64,000 nt of DNA. Source: Gemmatimonadales bacterium (GTDB lineage Bacteria > Gemmatimonadota > Gemmatimonadetes > Gemmatimonadales > GWC2-71-9). Below the pieces are notes generated by a model. It searched no databases. It was not told the origin of the DNA and worked only from the letters and a program-made list of their open reading frames with translations. The stretch lies in assembly GCA_035501775.1 (NCBI GenBank), contig DATJVM010000006.1, positions 111,948 to 175,947 of the forward strand, given 5' to 3'. The translations under genes were made by a program, and so were the position numbers. Positions 1-9,662 of this stretch are shown piece after piece; positions within the stretch are counted from its first letter, which is position 1, and each line of letters opens with the position of its first letter.

Positions 1-2661
1 TCCGTCTTCCCGATGCTGCAATACGAGCTCACCGGGGGCGATCCCGCCGAGCTGCGCGATCTGGCGGAGTACACCATCCGCCCGCGACTGGCCCGATTGC
101 CCGATGTGGGCGGTGTCGAGGTCCAGGGCGGACTGGTGCGGGAAGTATCCGTCGAGTTGGAGCCGGCGTGGCTGGTGGCCCGCCATGTGAGCGCGAGCGA
201 AGTCGCGGACCGTATTGCCGGGGCGAACGTCACCGTGGCCGCCGGCCGGGTAGATCGTGAGTATCGCCAGTACAGCGTTGTCGTCTCGGGGCTCCTTGCC
301 ACCCCTGATGCGGTCGCCGCCACGGTGGTCCGTGAGGACGGACCGGCTGTGCTCCGGGTGGGAGACCTGGGGCGGGTGCACTACGGGGTGGAGGATCGCT
401 TTCAACTCACTACCGGCAACGGGGCGCCGGCCGCACTGATCAACGTGTCCCGGCAGCCGCAGGGCAGCATCCTCCGGGTCGAGGACGCGGTCCAGGCCAC
501 GGTGGATTCGTTGCGCCCCGAGCTGCCCGCGGGAGTGCGACTGGAGTCGGTCTATGACCAGGGTGCGCTGGTGCGGGAATCCATCGCTACGGTGCGCGAT
601 GCGATGGTCATCGGAAGTGTGCTCGCGGTCGCGATTCTCTTCCTGTTCCTAGGGCGCGTCGATCTGACCCTCATCGCGGCCATTACCCTGCCGCTTGCCA
701 TCACCGGCAGCTTTGCCGGGATGGCGGCGGCGGGGGACTCGATCAACCTGATGTCGATGGGCGGGTTGGCGGTCGCGATCGGGCTGGTGATCGACGACGC
801 GGTGGTGGTCGTGGAGAACATCGCCCGCAGGGCCGCCACCGGGGGCGAGGATCCAACGGTCGTGCTCGACGCGACTCAGGAGATTCTCGGGCCCGTCGCC
901 GGATCGACAGCGACCACCGTCGTCGTCTTCGCGCCGTTGGCGCTGCTCGAGGGAGTGGTAGGCCAGTTCTTCAAGTCGTTCGCGATTGCGCTGGCGGTGG
1001 CCGTCGTCCTCTCCCTGATCTACTCCATCTCCATTATTCCGATTCTGGCGAGCCGTCGGCGCGGCTTCGGAGAGGGGCACGCCGCGGGTCTCCGGCTGAC
1101 GCGGCTCGAGGCCGGCTATACATCTCTGCTCCGTGGCGGACTGCGGCGACCGGTCATGGCCCTCGGCCTGGCTCTGGGTCTTGCTGCGCTGGCCGTCGTG
1201 GCCGGTCGGTTCATCGGCACGGGTTTCCTGCCCCAGATGGACGAGGGCGGGTTCATCCTCGACTATTGGACGCCGACCGGCACCTCCTTGATCGAGACCA
1301 ACCGGGAAGTGGCGCATATCGAGCGGGCACTCCGTGAGGACCCGGCGGTCCTGGCGTTCACCCGGCGCACCGGCGCCGAGCTTGGGTTATTCGCGACGTC
1401 GCCCAACCGCGGGGACATGACCGTGCTGCTCAAACCCAGGCGGGTGCGCGGCATCTCCGTCTACGGCGTGATGGACCGGCTGCGTGATCGCCTCGACCGG
1501 GAGCTTCCCTCGGTGCGCATCGAGTACCATCAGATCCTCGAGGACCTGCTCGGCGACCTCACCGGCGCGCCGGAGCCGGTCGAGGTCAAGTTGTTCCACC
1601 CCGACGTGGCGGTGGCGACCCGGGCGGCCAAGTTCGTCGCCGCCGAGGCGGACAGCGTTCCCGGTCTCGAAGATCTCTTCGATGGCGATGCCGGCAACGT
1701 CCCCGAGCTCAAGGTCCGGCTCGATCCCTTCCGCGTGGCGCGACTCGGTCTTTCCAACGACGCGGTGGCGGGGCAGGCGGCGGCGTCGCTCTTCGGGGCG
1801 CCGGCGGGCAGCGTGCGGGAGCCCAACCGACTGGTGCCCATCCGGGTCCGCCTGCCCGACAGCGTGCGGTACTCGCCGGAGATCGCGCGGACCCTGCCGA
1901 TCGTAGGCCCCAATGGCTGGGCGCCGCTCGGGATGCTGGGCACGGTGCAGGACACCAGCGACGCCAGCGAGCTCCTGCGGGAAAACCTGCGCCCCCTCGT
2001 CATCGTCACCGGCACGGTCGATCCCGAGCGCACCAGCCTTGGCGAGGTCATGCGGGACCTCCGATCGAGGCTCGCGCGGCTGGCCCTGCCGGCGGGGGTG
2101 ACCCTCGAGTACGGCGGGCAGTATACGGGCCAGCAGGAGTCCTTCCGTCAGCTGCTCCTGGTGCTCGGTCTCGCCGTGGCCCTGGTGCTCCTCGTCATGG
2201 TTGCGCAGTTCGGCGCCTTCCGGGGCCCGCTCGTGATCCTGGCGGCCGCTACCCTGGGATTGACGGGGGCGCTCGGCGGGCTGGCGCTCACCCATGTGCC
2301 CTTCAACGTCTCGAGCTTCATGGGGCTCATCCTGCTGGTCGGGCTGGTGGTCAAGAACGGCATTCTGCTGCTGGATGCCGCCATGGGCTTCCGGGCGGAA
2401 GGGCGGTCACCGATGGAGTCCCTGACCGAGGCCGGGCGGGTCCGTCTTCGACCGATCCTAATGACCACGATCTGCACGCTGGCGGGGTTGCTGCCCCTGG
2501 CGCTGGGGCTGGGGGCGGGCGCGGAACTGCAGCGCCCGCTGGCGATCGCGGTAATCGGTGGCCTTTCTCTCTCGACGGTGGTAACCCTCCTGCTTCTTCC
2601 AGTCGGGCTCCTGGTCACCCGCGCACTTGACGGGCTGGGATCGGTCGGCTCCGAGCGCTGA
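1..2661 (+). CDS. RND-family efflux transporter permease (AcrB/CzcA-like), 5'-truncated by window edge
   Basis: Frame is open from base 1 (S-V-F-P precedes the Met at 13). Paired RND TM signatures GGLAVAIGLVIDDAVVVVENI and FMGLILLVGLVVKNGILLLD, with large loops between TM bundles. Confidence 0.95.
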   Translation, partial: SVFPMLQYELTGGDPAELRDLAEYTIRPRLARLPDVGGVEVQGGLVREVSVELEPAWLVARHVSASEVADRIAGANVTVAAGRVDREYRQYSVVVSGLLATPDAVAATVVREDGPAVLRVGDLGRVHYGVEDRFQLTTGNGAPAALINVSRQPQGSILRVEDAVQATVDSLRPELPAGVRLESVYDQGALVRESIATVRDAMVIGSVLAVAILFLFLGRVDLTLIAAITLPLAITGSFAGMAAAGDSINLMSMGGLAVAIGLVIDDAVVVVENIARRAATGGEDPTVVLDATQEILGPVAGSTATTVVVFAPLALLEGVVGQFFKSFAIALAVAVVLSLIYSISIIPILASRRRGFGEGHAAGLRLTRLEAGYTSLLRGGLRRPVMALGLALGLAALAVVAGRFIGTGFLPQMDEGGFILDYWTPTGTSLIETNREVAHIERALREDPAVLAFTRRTGAELGLFATSPNRGDMTVLLKPRRVRGISVYGVMDRLRDRLDRELPSVRIEYHQILEDLLGDLTGAPEPVEVKLFHPDVAVATRAAKFVAAEADSVPGLEDLFDGDAGNVPELKVRLDPFRVARLGLSNDAVAGQAAASLFGAPAGSVREPNRLVPIRVRLPDSVRYSPEIARTLPIVGPNGWAPLGMLGTVQDTSDASELLRENLRPLVIVTGTVDPERTSLGEVMRDLRSRLARLALPAGVTLEYGGQYTGQQESFRQLLLVLGLAVALVLLVMVAQFGAFRGPLVILAAATLGLTGALGGLALTHVPFNVSSFMGLILLVGLVVKNGILLLDAAMGFRAEGRSPMESLTEAGRVRLRPILMTTICTLAGLLPLALGLGAGAELQRPLAIAVIGGLSLSTVVTLLLLPVGLLVTRALDGLGSVGSER

Positions 2662-2693
2662 AACCGCGGACGGCCGGGACTCGGGCGCTCGTC

Positions 2694-3197
2694 TTACTCG
2701 ATTCCGATGACGCGGCTCCGGCGTTCAAGCAGAATGGTGTCGCGCCAGGCGCCATCCCTCTGACCGATGCGTTCCCGTCGGCCCACCACCCGAAACCCGG
2801 CCTTCTCGTGGAGCGCGAGGCTTGCCTCGTTCTCCGCGAGGATGCTCGCCTGCAGGGTCCAGAAACCGGCGGCCTCCGCGGCCGCGCTCAGCGCTTCGAG
2901 TAGGGCCAGCCCGATCCCCTGTCGGCGCGCTGAGGCTCGGACGTACACGCTCACCTCCGCAACGCCGCGGTAGACCGCCCGGCTCGACACCGGCGAAAGC
3001 GCGGCCCAGCCGGCGACTTCACCACCTTGCAGCGCGACGAGCCGCGGAACCGGCGCGTGCCCTAGGTCCCATTCCTCCCAGCCCGGGGCACGGGTCTCGA
3101 GTGTGGCCAGGCCGGTGCTGATTCCCTCCGCGTAGATCTGGCGCACGGCTTCCCAGTCCTCGATGCGCAGCGGCCGGATCTCGTGAAGCGGACTCAT
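2694..3197 (-). CDS. GNAT N-acetyltransferase (phosphinothricin/amino-acid acetyltransferase-like)
   Basis: Internal ATG at 3197 (MSPLHEIRPLRIEDWEAV). GNAT core VYVRASARRQGIGLALLEAL...HEKAGFRVVG. The upstream part of the 281-aa ORF is Arg/Ser/Pro junk overlapping the aquaporin gene. Confidence 0.9.
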   Translation of the reverse strand: MSPLHEIRPLRIEDWEAVRQIYAEGISTGLATLETRAPGWEEWDLGHAPVPRLVALQGGEVAGWAALSPVSSRAVYRGVAEVSVYVRASARRQGIGLALLEALSAAAEAAGFWTLQASILAENEASLALHEKAGFRVVGRRERIGQRDGAWRDTILLERRSRVIGIE

Positions 3198-3228
3198 GGC
3201 GCTGTCGCTGGCAGCCGCGATTCGCCCA

Positions 3229-3861
3229 CTACTCGGATTCCTGCAGGCGGAACAGGCCGGCCGCGAGCACGCTGCCGAGGAACGGGCCGACCAGGTAGAG
3301 CCAGAGATGATCGAGGGTGCCGCCGGCCAGCAGGGCGCGCACCAGGATCGGGCCGGTCCCCACCGCGGGGTTGAACGCGCCGCCCGAGATGCCGCCGCCA
3401 GCCGCGGCCCCCACGAAGATCGTGAAGCCGATGGCCAGCCCGTAGAATGAGTTGCCCTGGGTCTTGGGGTGGCAGGCGGTGTTGAGCACCACAATGCAGA
3501 GCGCGAACGTAAAGAGCGCCTCCACCAGGAGCGCGGCAAGCGTGCTGGAGGTGGGGGCGGGCGACGGGGCGAAGGTTTGCCCCGCCGTCAGGTAGACAGC
3601 GAGGCTGGCCACGATGGCTCCCAGAACCTGCGCCACCATGTAGGGTGCGATCTCGCGCGCGGCTAACTTGCCCCGAAGAGCCGCTGCGAGTGAGACCGCG
3701 GGATTGTAGTGCCCGCCGGAGACGTGGCCGCCCATGTAGACCATGATCATCAGCGAGGCGCCGATGGCGAGTGGCGCGATGGGCGACTGGGTTACCACGG
3801 TGAGGCCCACGGTCAGGACGAGGAAGAACGTCCCCACGAATTCGGTGAGATATCTGGTCAT
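3229..3861 (-). CDS. MIP-family aquaporin
   Basis: Two NPA boxes (GGHYNPAVS, GGAFNPAVG) and six hydrophobic helices. ATG at 3861 (MTRYLTEFVGTFFLV). Confidence 0.93.
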   Translation of the reverse strand: MTRYLTEFVGTFFLVLTVGLTVVTQSPIAPLAIGASLMIMVYMGGHVSGGHYNPAVSLAAALRGKLAAREIAPYMVAQVLGAIVASLAVYLTAGQTFAPSPAPTSSTLAALLVEALFTFALCIVVLNTACHPKTQGNSFYGLAIGFTIFVGAAAGGGISGGAFNPAVGTGPILVRALLAGGTLDHLWLYLVGPFLGSVLAAGLFRLQESE

Positions 3862-3913
3862 GGTTCGGCCCAGGGCGGAAATTGTGAGGGAAATGCGGGG
3901 GGAAGCGCGCGCC

Positions 3914-4444
3914 TCAGCCCTTCTGCTTCTGGTATGTGCCCATGAGTTGGGTCTCGGCCAGGACATGCCCCGCCATGGCCTGCTCTACCTGCTTCTTGGT
4001 CGGATGGCGCTTGAGCGTCAGGGTGGCATCCAGCGCATACAGCTTGAAGTAGTAGCGGTGGCGGCCGATGGGAGGGCAGGGGCCTCCCCATCCGGTGCGC
4101 TTGAAGTCGGTCATGCCCTCCGCGGTGCCGGCTGGCAGGGCCTTGGACGCGACCCCTTCCGGCAGCCCGCCGGAGCCGGGCGGAATGTTGAACAGGACCC
4201 AGTGCACCCAGGTCATGCGCGGGGCCGCGGGATCCGGGGCATCCGGATCGTCCACGATCAGGACCAGGCTCTTGGCAGCGGCCGGCACTCCGTTCCAGGC
4301 AAGGGGAGGGGAGGCGTCCCGGCCCTCACAGGTGTACTGAGTCGGAATCGGTCCGCCCGGCTGAAAGGCGGGAGAGGTGATCGACAGGGACATGGCGTGG
4401 AAGATGACGAGCGGGACCGGGCTCGCAAGGGCTGGAAGAGGCAT
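3914..4444 (-). CDS. PEBP (YbhB/YbcL) family protein, possibly exported
   Basis: Motifs DDPDAP, WVHWVLFNIP and GPCPPIGRHRYYFKLYALD. The hydrophobic N-terminus MPLPALASPVPLVIFHA may be a signal peptide. The ATG overlaps the upstream stop (TGATG). Confidence 0.9.
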   Translation of the reverse strand: MPLPALASPVPLVIFHAMSLSITSPAFQPGGPIPTQYTCEGRDASPPLAWNGVPAAAKSLVLIVDDPDAPDPAAPRMTWVHWVLFNIPPGSGGLPEGVASKALPAGTAEGMTDFKRTGWGGPCPPIGRHRYYFKLYALDATLTLKRHPTKKQVEQAMAGHVLAETQLMGTYQKQKG

Positions 4445-4950
4445 CACGGGCGGTGCTCCATGCCTTCGTGGCCGGCGGCGTGATGGTCGCTGCGCTGGAA
4501 GGCGAGGAAGTCGTGAATCGCCGCGACCGCGGCGGTGTCTGAGCTCGAGATACGAAGCTGGCCGCCCCCGGGCCGGTCACTCGCGGCGTAGTGGATGCGA
4601 TCCTTCAGGAGGGCCATGGTCCTGGTGCCCGGTACTTCGTGAGCATGGACCTGTTCGGGGTCGCTGAAATCGCCTTGGGCAAAGGCGACGGCGATGGAAC
4701 GAAGGTGCGCCCGGATCGTCGCCACGCCAAGAGAATCGGTCGGGTCGTCCCGGACCAGGATGATGCGGCCGCCGTCCGGCAGGTCCTCGAAGACATGATG
4801 AGAAGAGTACTGATCGACCCCCATCACCTGCTGGCCGCGGGCCTGCATCGCGCTGAATCCGCTGTCCGGGGCGGCCTGGCCCAGGATAGGCCCGGCGAGG
4901 AAGGCCAAGGCGAGTGCTGCAGGCGCCAGCCGCCAAAGCGAATTGCTCAT
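4444..4950 (-). CDS. secreted hypothetical protein with His/Met-rich C-terminal tail
   Basis: Signal peptide MSNSLWRLAPAALALAFLAGPILGQA. Tail is DHHAAGHEGMEHRP. No family recognised. Confidence 0.7.
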   Translation of the reverse strand: MSNSLWRLAPAALALAFLAGPILGQAAPDSGFSAMQARGQQVMGVDQYSSHHVFEDLPDGGRIILVRDDPTDSLGVATIRAHLRSIAVAFAQGDFSDPEQVHAHEVPGTRTMALLKDRIHYAASDRPGGGQLRISSSDTAAVAAIHDFLAFQRSDHHAAGHEGMEHRP

Positions 4951-4960
4951 GTGGGTTGCC

Positions 4961-5566
4961 TCATCCGCCCGCGGCCGGCCCTCTCCGGAACACCAACCGT
5001 CCGGTCGTTCGGATCGCGTAGGCCACCAGCAGAACGACCGCCACCGCCGCCGCGAGCGGGGCCAGAACGGCGAGCAGCGCCACGGCCACCGCGCCGATCA
5101 ACTCCAGGGTGGACACCGCGAAGTTGCCCGCCCCTCCCGTGAGCAACGACGACTTGAGCCGGAGCAGGACCGACGAGCCCTGGATGAGTCCGGCCGCTCC
5201 ACCGCCGCCCACTATCGCGATGGCCCAGCGAAGGGGGGCCGGGAGATTGGTCAACACCGCCGCCGAAGCGAGCATTCCCGCGACAACGGCGGTTGGGGTC
5301 GCAACGGTGTCCAGGGCGTGGTCCAACCAAGGGATATAGTAGGCGCCGATTTCGAGGACCGTTGCGGTGGAGAGGGCAATCATCGCGCTCGGGCCAGCCA
5401 GCCACTCGAAGCCGCTGGTTAGTGGCAGGTGGCCGAATCGTGCGGCCAGGCTTGCGATCAGAAGCGGAACGAAGATCCGGAACCCGCATGCCGCGGCCAG
5501 GCCCAGCCCCACCGCCACACTGAGCAGGCCAGGCCACAACGCCGGGCCAAGCGATCCCTCACCCAC
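4961..5566 (-). CDS. multi-pass membrane protein (DUF4126-like)
   Basis: About six hydrophobic segments and a Gly-rich loop IVGGGGAAGLIQG. GTG start. 8-nt overlap with the next gene. Confidence 0.75.
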   Translation of the reverse strand: MGEGSLGPALWPGLLSVAVGLGLAAACGFRIFVPLLIASLAARFGHLPLTSGFEWLAGPSAMIALSTATVLEIGAYYIPWLDHALDTVATPTAVVAGMLASAAVLTNLPAPLRWAIAIVGGGGAAGLIQGSSVLLRLKSSLLTGGAGNFAVSTLELIGAVAVALLAVLAPLAAAVAVVLLVAYAIRTTGRLVFRRGPAAGG

Positions 5567-5912
5567 TCGATTGTCCTCGCAGCCGACCGATCCGATCGCT
5601 CAGCTGCTGGGTCAGGATCTGCATCTCGGAGTGCTCCGGATGCAGGGTCCGACCGGTCTCGCTCTCGAGGTCGGTCATGACCTGCCGCAGGATGTCGATG
5701 GCCCGCCGCAGGCGAAAGCGGTTGATGAACCCCGGATAGTTGCTGGAGCGGGAGGCCGAGAGGACCGCCCAGACGCTGGTGCGAAGGTTGTCCACGGCGG
5801 CTTTCAGATCTTCGAGGCCCTCGGCCTTCTCGCCGCTCTTCGCCAGTTGGGCATCAACGGTGGTCAGCTGCCGGCGCAGCTCCGCGATCTGCTCCGCGAG
5901 AGAACCAGTCAT
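5559..5912 (-). CDS. hypothetical coiled-coil protein
   Basis: 117 aa with heptad-rich sequence (AEQIAELRRQLTTVDAQLAK). ATG start. No family recognised. Confidence 0.6.
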   Translation of the reverse strand: MTGSLAEQIAELRRQLTTVDAQLAKSGEKAEGLEDLKAAVDNLRTSVWAVLSASRSSNYPGFINRFRLRRAIDILRQVMTDLESETGRTLHPEHSEMQILTQQLSDRIGRLRGQSSG

Positions 5913-5923
5913 GGGCGCATCCG

Positions 5924-6187
5924 TCAGAAGGTCTTGCGCACGCGATCGAAGCCCGCCTTGATCTCGTCGAGCAGATTCTTCGCCGCCCCGCCGACGTCTC
6001 CCATGGCGCCCTTGGCCTCGCTGCCCGCGGCCTGCGCCCGCTGCCGCAGCTCCGCGATCTTGTCATCCAGCCGCGCCAGTTCATCACGACCCTCCGCCTT
6101 GGCCAGGTGGATCTTGAGCTTGAGCTCATCGCGCTCGCGTTCCAGGTCCGCCAACGTCTGCTGCCACTTCGCGCGCCAATCGGTCAT
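5924..6187 (-). CDS. small charged coiled-coil protein
   Basis: ATG at 6187 (MTDWRAKWQQTLADLERERDELKLKIHLAKAEGRDELARLDDKIAELRQRA). No family recognised. Confidence 0.6.
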   Translation of the reverse strand: MTDWRAKWQQTLADLERERDELKLKIHLAKAEGRDELARLDDKIAELRQRAQAAGSEAKGAMGDVGGAAKNLLDEIKAGFDRVRKTF

Positions 6188-6302
6188 AATCCCTCCCCCG
6201 TTCAAGTCGCATCCCGCCCCGGCCCGGTGGTCCGGGCACTCCGCGGGCACCTCGAATATGGCGGCTTCGAGGTTCCCAACAAGTTCCGGTGACGATCCGG
6301 GT

Positions 6303-7184
6303 TCAGCTGCCGGCGGGAGGCAGGGCTTCGAGGAGCCCGAGGCCGATGGGTACCACCCCGCCTTCCACCGAAACGGCGAGGGCGCCGTCCTCGCGGCGGA
6401 CCGCGGCCCGGAGCTCGCTGGGGCGGCCGGCGCGCGCTCCCTGGTGGACCACGACCGTGGCGGGCGCGGTCACCCGGCCGTGGTAGGCAAGATAGGCCGC
6501 GACTGGGCCCGCCGCGCTGCCGGTGGCGACATCTTCGACCAGCCCCTGGTTGTCCCAGGTCCGACCTTCGGGCCGCTCGGGATCTAGGACGTAGACGAAC
6601 TTCGCCCCGATGGTCTCGAGCAGCGTCTGGAAGTGCTCATGTCGGATCCGCGCCGTCCCGATGTCTCCCTGGAGGGGTACCAGCAGATACGGGAGCCCGG
6701 TGGAGACCACCTGCAACGGGAGATCGGGGTGCAGCTGCTCCTCCTTGACGCCCAGGGCCATCGCGAAGACCCGGGCCGCCTGGTGGGTCAGAGGGTCTCC
6801 GAAGTTCGCGACGCCCTGATCCATCGTGACCGTAAACCCGTGCGACGTGAGCCGGGTTCCCACCTCCAGGGTTCGCTCCGAGAGCTCGAACTGCCAGGTG
6901 GCCCGAGGCATGTCCGGGCATCGCTCCAGGTGGAGGACCGCGGCGGCGCCGAGGACTGGATGGCCGGCGAACGGCAGCTCCTCCTCCATGGTGAAGATCC
7001 GGGCCCGGACCCCTCGACCGCTGTCGGTGTCGGCGAGAAAGACCGATTCGAACTGGCGCAGCTCCTGGGTGATGCGGAGCATCTGGCGGGCGCTCAAGCC
7101 GGCGCCATCGGGGAAGACTGCCAGCCCGTTACCCTGGTACGGAAGGCAGGTGAAGACGTCAACCTGGCGATACCGAAGGGTCAT
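6303..7184 (-). CDS. PhzF-family isomerase
   Basis: YRQVDVFT...GNGLAVF...ELRQFESVFL...EELPFAGHPVLG...VSTGLPYLLVPL. Typical length of 293 aa. Confidence 0.92.
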   Translation of the reverse strand: MTLRYRQVDVFTCLPYQGNGLAVFPDGAGLSARQMLRITQELRQFESVFLADTDSGRGVRARIFTMEEELPFAGHPVLGAAAVLHLERCPDMPRATWQFELSERTLEVGTRLTSHGFTVTMDQGVANFGDPLTHQAARVFAMALGVKEEQLHPDLPLQVVSTGLPYLLVPLQGDIGTARIRHEHFQTLLETIGAKFVYVLDPERPEGRTWDNQGLVEDVATGSAAGPVAAYLAYHGRVTAPATVVVHQGARAGRPSELRAAVRREDGALAVSVEGGVVPIGLGLLEALPPAGS

Positions 7185-7235
7185 CGCGTCGGAGCCTCCA
7201 TGGCCTTGGAGGAGGAAGCGGGGATTGGCCCCCGC

Positions 7236-7658
7236 TCAGAGTTGGCGTGGACGACGGTGGCGAATGAACAGATCGCGCACCCGCTCCTCGTGGTAGACGG
7301 CGAATTCGCCGGCGTCGAAGAACACGCCGTGGCAGAGGGGGCAGGATTCGAGCCAGAGATCTGGCTTGGCCTTGTCCACGACGCGGACCATCAACTGGTC
7401 GTCCACTGGACAGCGAATGAGGCCAACCTGGTCGTAGCGAGCGCCGACCACTGGATCACCGGTATCGATTGCCTCGGCGCCCGGTTGCGTTCTCAGGTCC
7501 TCGTCTTCCAGCAGATCGAACCAGAGCCCGCCGCAACCGCGACAGCGATCGACCTCGATGCCGGCAAACGTCACCGTGCTCATCGTGTCGCGACACTTGG
7601 GACAGCGCAGTGGGGCCGGGCGCGGGGCCCATGGCGTTTCCTCAACACTGTCGTCCAT
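7236..7658 (-). CDS. double TFIIB-type zinc-ribbon protein
   Basis: Two zinc ribbons: CPKC...CRGCGGLWFD and CPVD...CPLCHGVFFDAGEF. ATG at 7658; the upstream extension is rejected. Confidence 0.85.
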   Translation of the reverse strand: MDDSVEETPWAPRPAPLRCPKCRDTMSTVTFAGIEVDRCRGCGGLWFDLLEDEDLRTQPGAEAIDTGDPVVGARYDQVGLIRCPVDDQLMVRVVDKAKPDLWLESCPLCHGVFFDAGEFAVYHEERVRDLFIRHRRPRQL

Positions 7659-7702
7659 TTGGCCAACATGTGGTCGAATGGCCAGCGGCGCCGTAACCCG
7701 GG

Positions 7703-8446
7703 TCACGCCATCTCTTCGCGGACGACGCGGGTGGCGCTGAAGCGGCCACGGTAGCGCTCGGCATGGTCCTGCTGGAGGGCCGGGGCGCAGGTGCGCTGGT
7801 ACTCGGCAACCGACTCGAGGGAAGCGGCCCGGTACGAGAGGAGAAACCCCGAGTGGTCGGCCTCGGCCGGCTGGACCAGCCTGCTGATCTCGCAACTATC
7901 GAAGCACCCGGTGGCGAGCACCTCGGGGACGTGGACCCCGCGCATCCAGCCCAGCCAATCCTCCGCGATCTCACGATCGACGTGCACGGTTACATCGTAG
8001 TGGACCCAGTGAGGCCCTGGTGATTCGGGGCGCGGCTCCGGGCGCGCAAGCGCCTTCAGCCGGGCAAGTGCACGCTCAGCGTGGTCCGTGGGGACGAAGA
8101 GGTGGTCGTGGTGCACCGCGGAGATCACGTTGCAGGAGATATCGCCCTCCGCCAGGGCAAGAGCGACTCGCGCCAGGAGCCCGACGGCGGCGAGGCTCGA
8201 CTCGACGGCGAGCAGAACCCGTCGCGCTCGAAACAGGGGAACGAGGCCGGCCCGGAGCACCTCGGACTCTGCCGCCACGGCCGTCGGACCTTCCGCCTCG
8301 TTCACGACCGCAAAGCTGTCCTCCGGCGGGCTCTTTCCGACGGGGACGAGGCAGAAGGCGTAGCTGATCGGGTCGAGAACCGGGTCGAGCCCGGCCAGAA
8401 GATGCTCCAGGCGTCGCTCGCCAGGGGGAAGGTAAGGGGAGCTCAT
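7703..8446 (-). CDS. ACT-domain (COG3602-like) / DUF4286 fusion protein
   Basis: The N-terminal half is ACT-like (ISYAFCLVP...ISCNVISAVHHDHLFVP). The C-terminal ~100 aa is DUF4286-like (YDVTVHVDREIAEDWLGWMRGVHVPEVLATGCF). Confidence 0.8.
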   Translation of the reverse strand: MSSPYLPPGERRLEHLLAGLDPVLDPISYAFCLVPVGKSPPEDSFAVVNEAEGPTAVAAESEVLRAGLVPLFRARRVLLAVESSLAAVGLLARVALALAEGDISCNVISAVHHDHLFVPTDHAERALARLKALARPEPRPESPGPHWVHYDVTVHVDREIAEDWLGWMRGVHVPEVLATGCFDSCEISRLVQPAEADHSGFLLSYRAASLESVAEYQRTCAPALQQDHAERYRGRFSATRVVREEMA

Positions 8447-8633
8447 GTCCGGCTCTTCCGCCGCGCGAGCCGTGAGCGCACGCGGCGCGCGACTCGCCAG
8501 GCTGATCCGAGTGCCGGCCCGGCCGATGGATGGCTGCTACACTCGGCCTCCCGGCGCCTCGCCGGCGGATCAGCCGCGGCGCCGCTCATCGGCGCAGTCC
8601 GGCGAATCCTGACGGCGAGCGCAGTAGTTGGAA

Positions 8634-9068
8634 TCAGCGGTTTTCGTAGACGTAACTGTTCAGGTGAGCGATCGTCGCCGCCTGGTCCGCGACCTGGAAC
8701 GCCGTCAGGTCGCCGATCGTCACCACTCCGGCCAGCCCGTCCGGTCCCAGCACCGGGAGGTGCCGAATCCGGCGGGCCGTCATCATCGCGGCGCACTCGT
8801 CCATGGTGGTCTCGGGCTTGGCAGTCACCAGGCCGGTGGACATCACATCTCCCACCACCGTGGTCGCCGGCGGCCGCTCTTCGGCCACGACGCGACGCAT
8901 CACGTCACGCTCCGTGAAGATGCCTCGCAACTCGCTTCCCTCCACCACCAGGACTGCGCCGATTCCCTTCGTGTTCATGAGCTGTGCGGCGGCCAGCACC
9001 GTGCTGTCCGGAGTCACGGTCACGACGCTGGTTCCCTTCCGAGCGAGGATGTCACGGACGGTCGGCAT
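8634..9068 (-). CDS. CBS-pair domain protein
   Basis: Tandem CBS motifs VVTVTPDSTVLAAAQLMNTKGIGAVLVVE and VTAKPETTMDECAAMMTARRIRHLPVL. ATG at 9068. Confidence 0.92.
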   Translation of the reverse strand: MPTVRDILARKGTSVVTVTPDSTVLAAAQLMNTKGIGAVLVVEGSELRGIFTERDVMRRVVAEERPPATTVVGDVMSTGLVTAKPETTMDECAAMMTARRIRHLPVLGPDGLAGVVTIGDLTAFQVADQAATIAHLNSYVYENR

Positions 9069-9137
9069 AATGCCTCCGAGGGAATTGGACGGTACCGCGA
9101 TTGTACGCTCGGGAGACAATTCGCGCTAGGCAGCGCG

Positions 9138-9662
9138 TCAGACTGCGCCTCGCATGACCCAATCCTGCTGGGGGTCGGTTCCGACCGTGAAGGTCGCAGT
9201 TCCGACCTGCTCGAACCCGCACTTCCTGTAGAACGCGATGGCTCGTGGGTTCTCCTGCCAGACAGTAAGCCAGAGGTAGCTCGCCCCGCGGGCGCGGGCC
9301 GCGACCCGCACCGCCTCCATGAGAGGCCCCGCGATCCCGCGCCCGATCCACTCCGGCTCCAGGTAGAACCGCTGCAGCATGAGGCCGCGAGGCCCGAGCG
9401 GCAGGGGCGGGTCCTGCGAGCGGAGCTGGGCATAGCCGGCGGGAACCTCGCTCACCAGCGCGAGCAGGGTGACCGCTCCCGGCTCGACCACCTCCCTGGC
9501 CATGATCTCGGGGGAATAGTGCGTTCGGACGTGCAGCTCGAGATCTTCGGGGCGGTTGGCGGGGCCAAAAGCCGCTCGGAAAGTCCGCTCGGCGAGCGCG
9601 CTGAGCAGGGGGGCGTCGGTGCTGGTGGCGACGCGGATCTGGAGCCCCGGAGGCGGGGTCAC
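9138..9662 (-). CDS. GNAT N-acetyltransferase
   Basis: QRFYLEPEWIGRGIAGPLMEAV...AIAFYRKCGFEQVG. The GTG start overlaps the upstream stop (GTGA). Confidence 0.9.
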   Translation of the reverse strand: MTPPPGLQIRVATSTDAPLLSALAERTFRAAFGPANRPEDLELHVRTHYSPEIMAREVVEPGAVTLLALVSEVPAGYAQLRSQDPPLPLGPRGLMLQRFYLEPEWIGRGIAGPLMEAVRVAARARGASYLWLTVWQENPRAIAFYRKCGFEQVGTATFTVGTDPQQDWVMRGAV

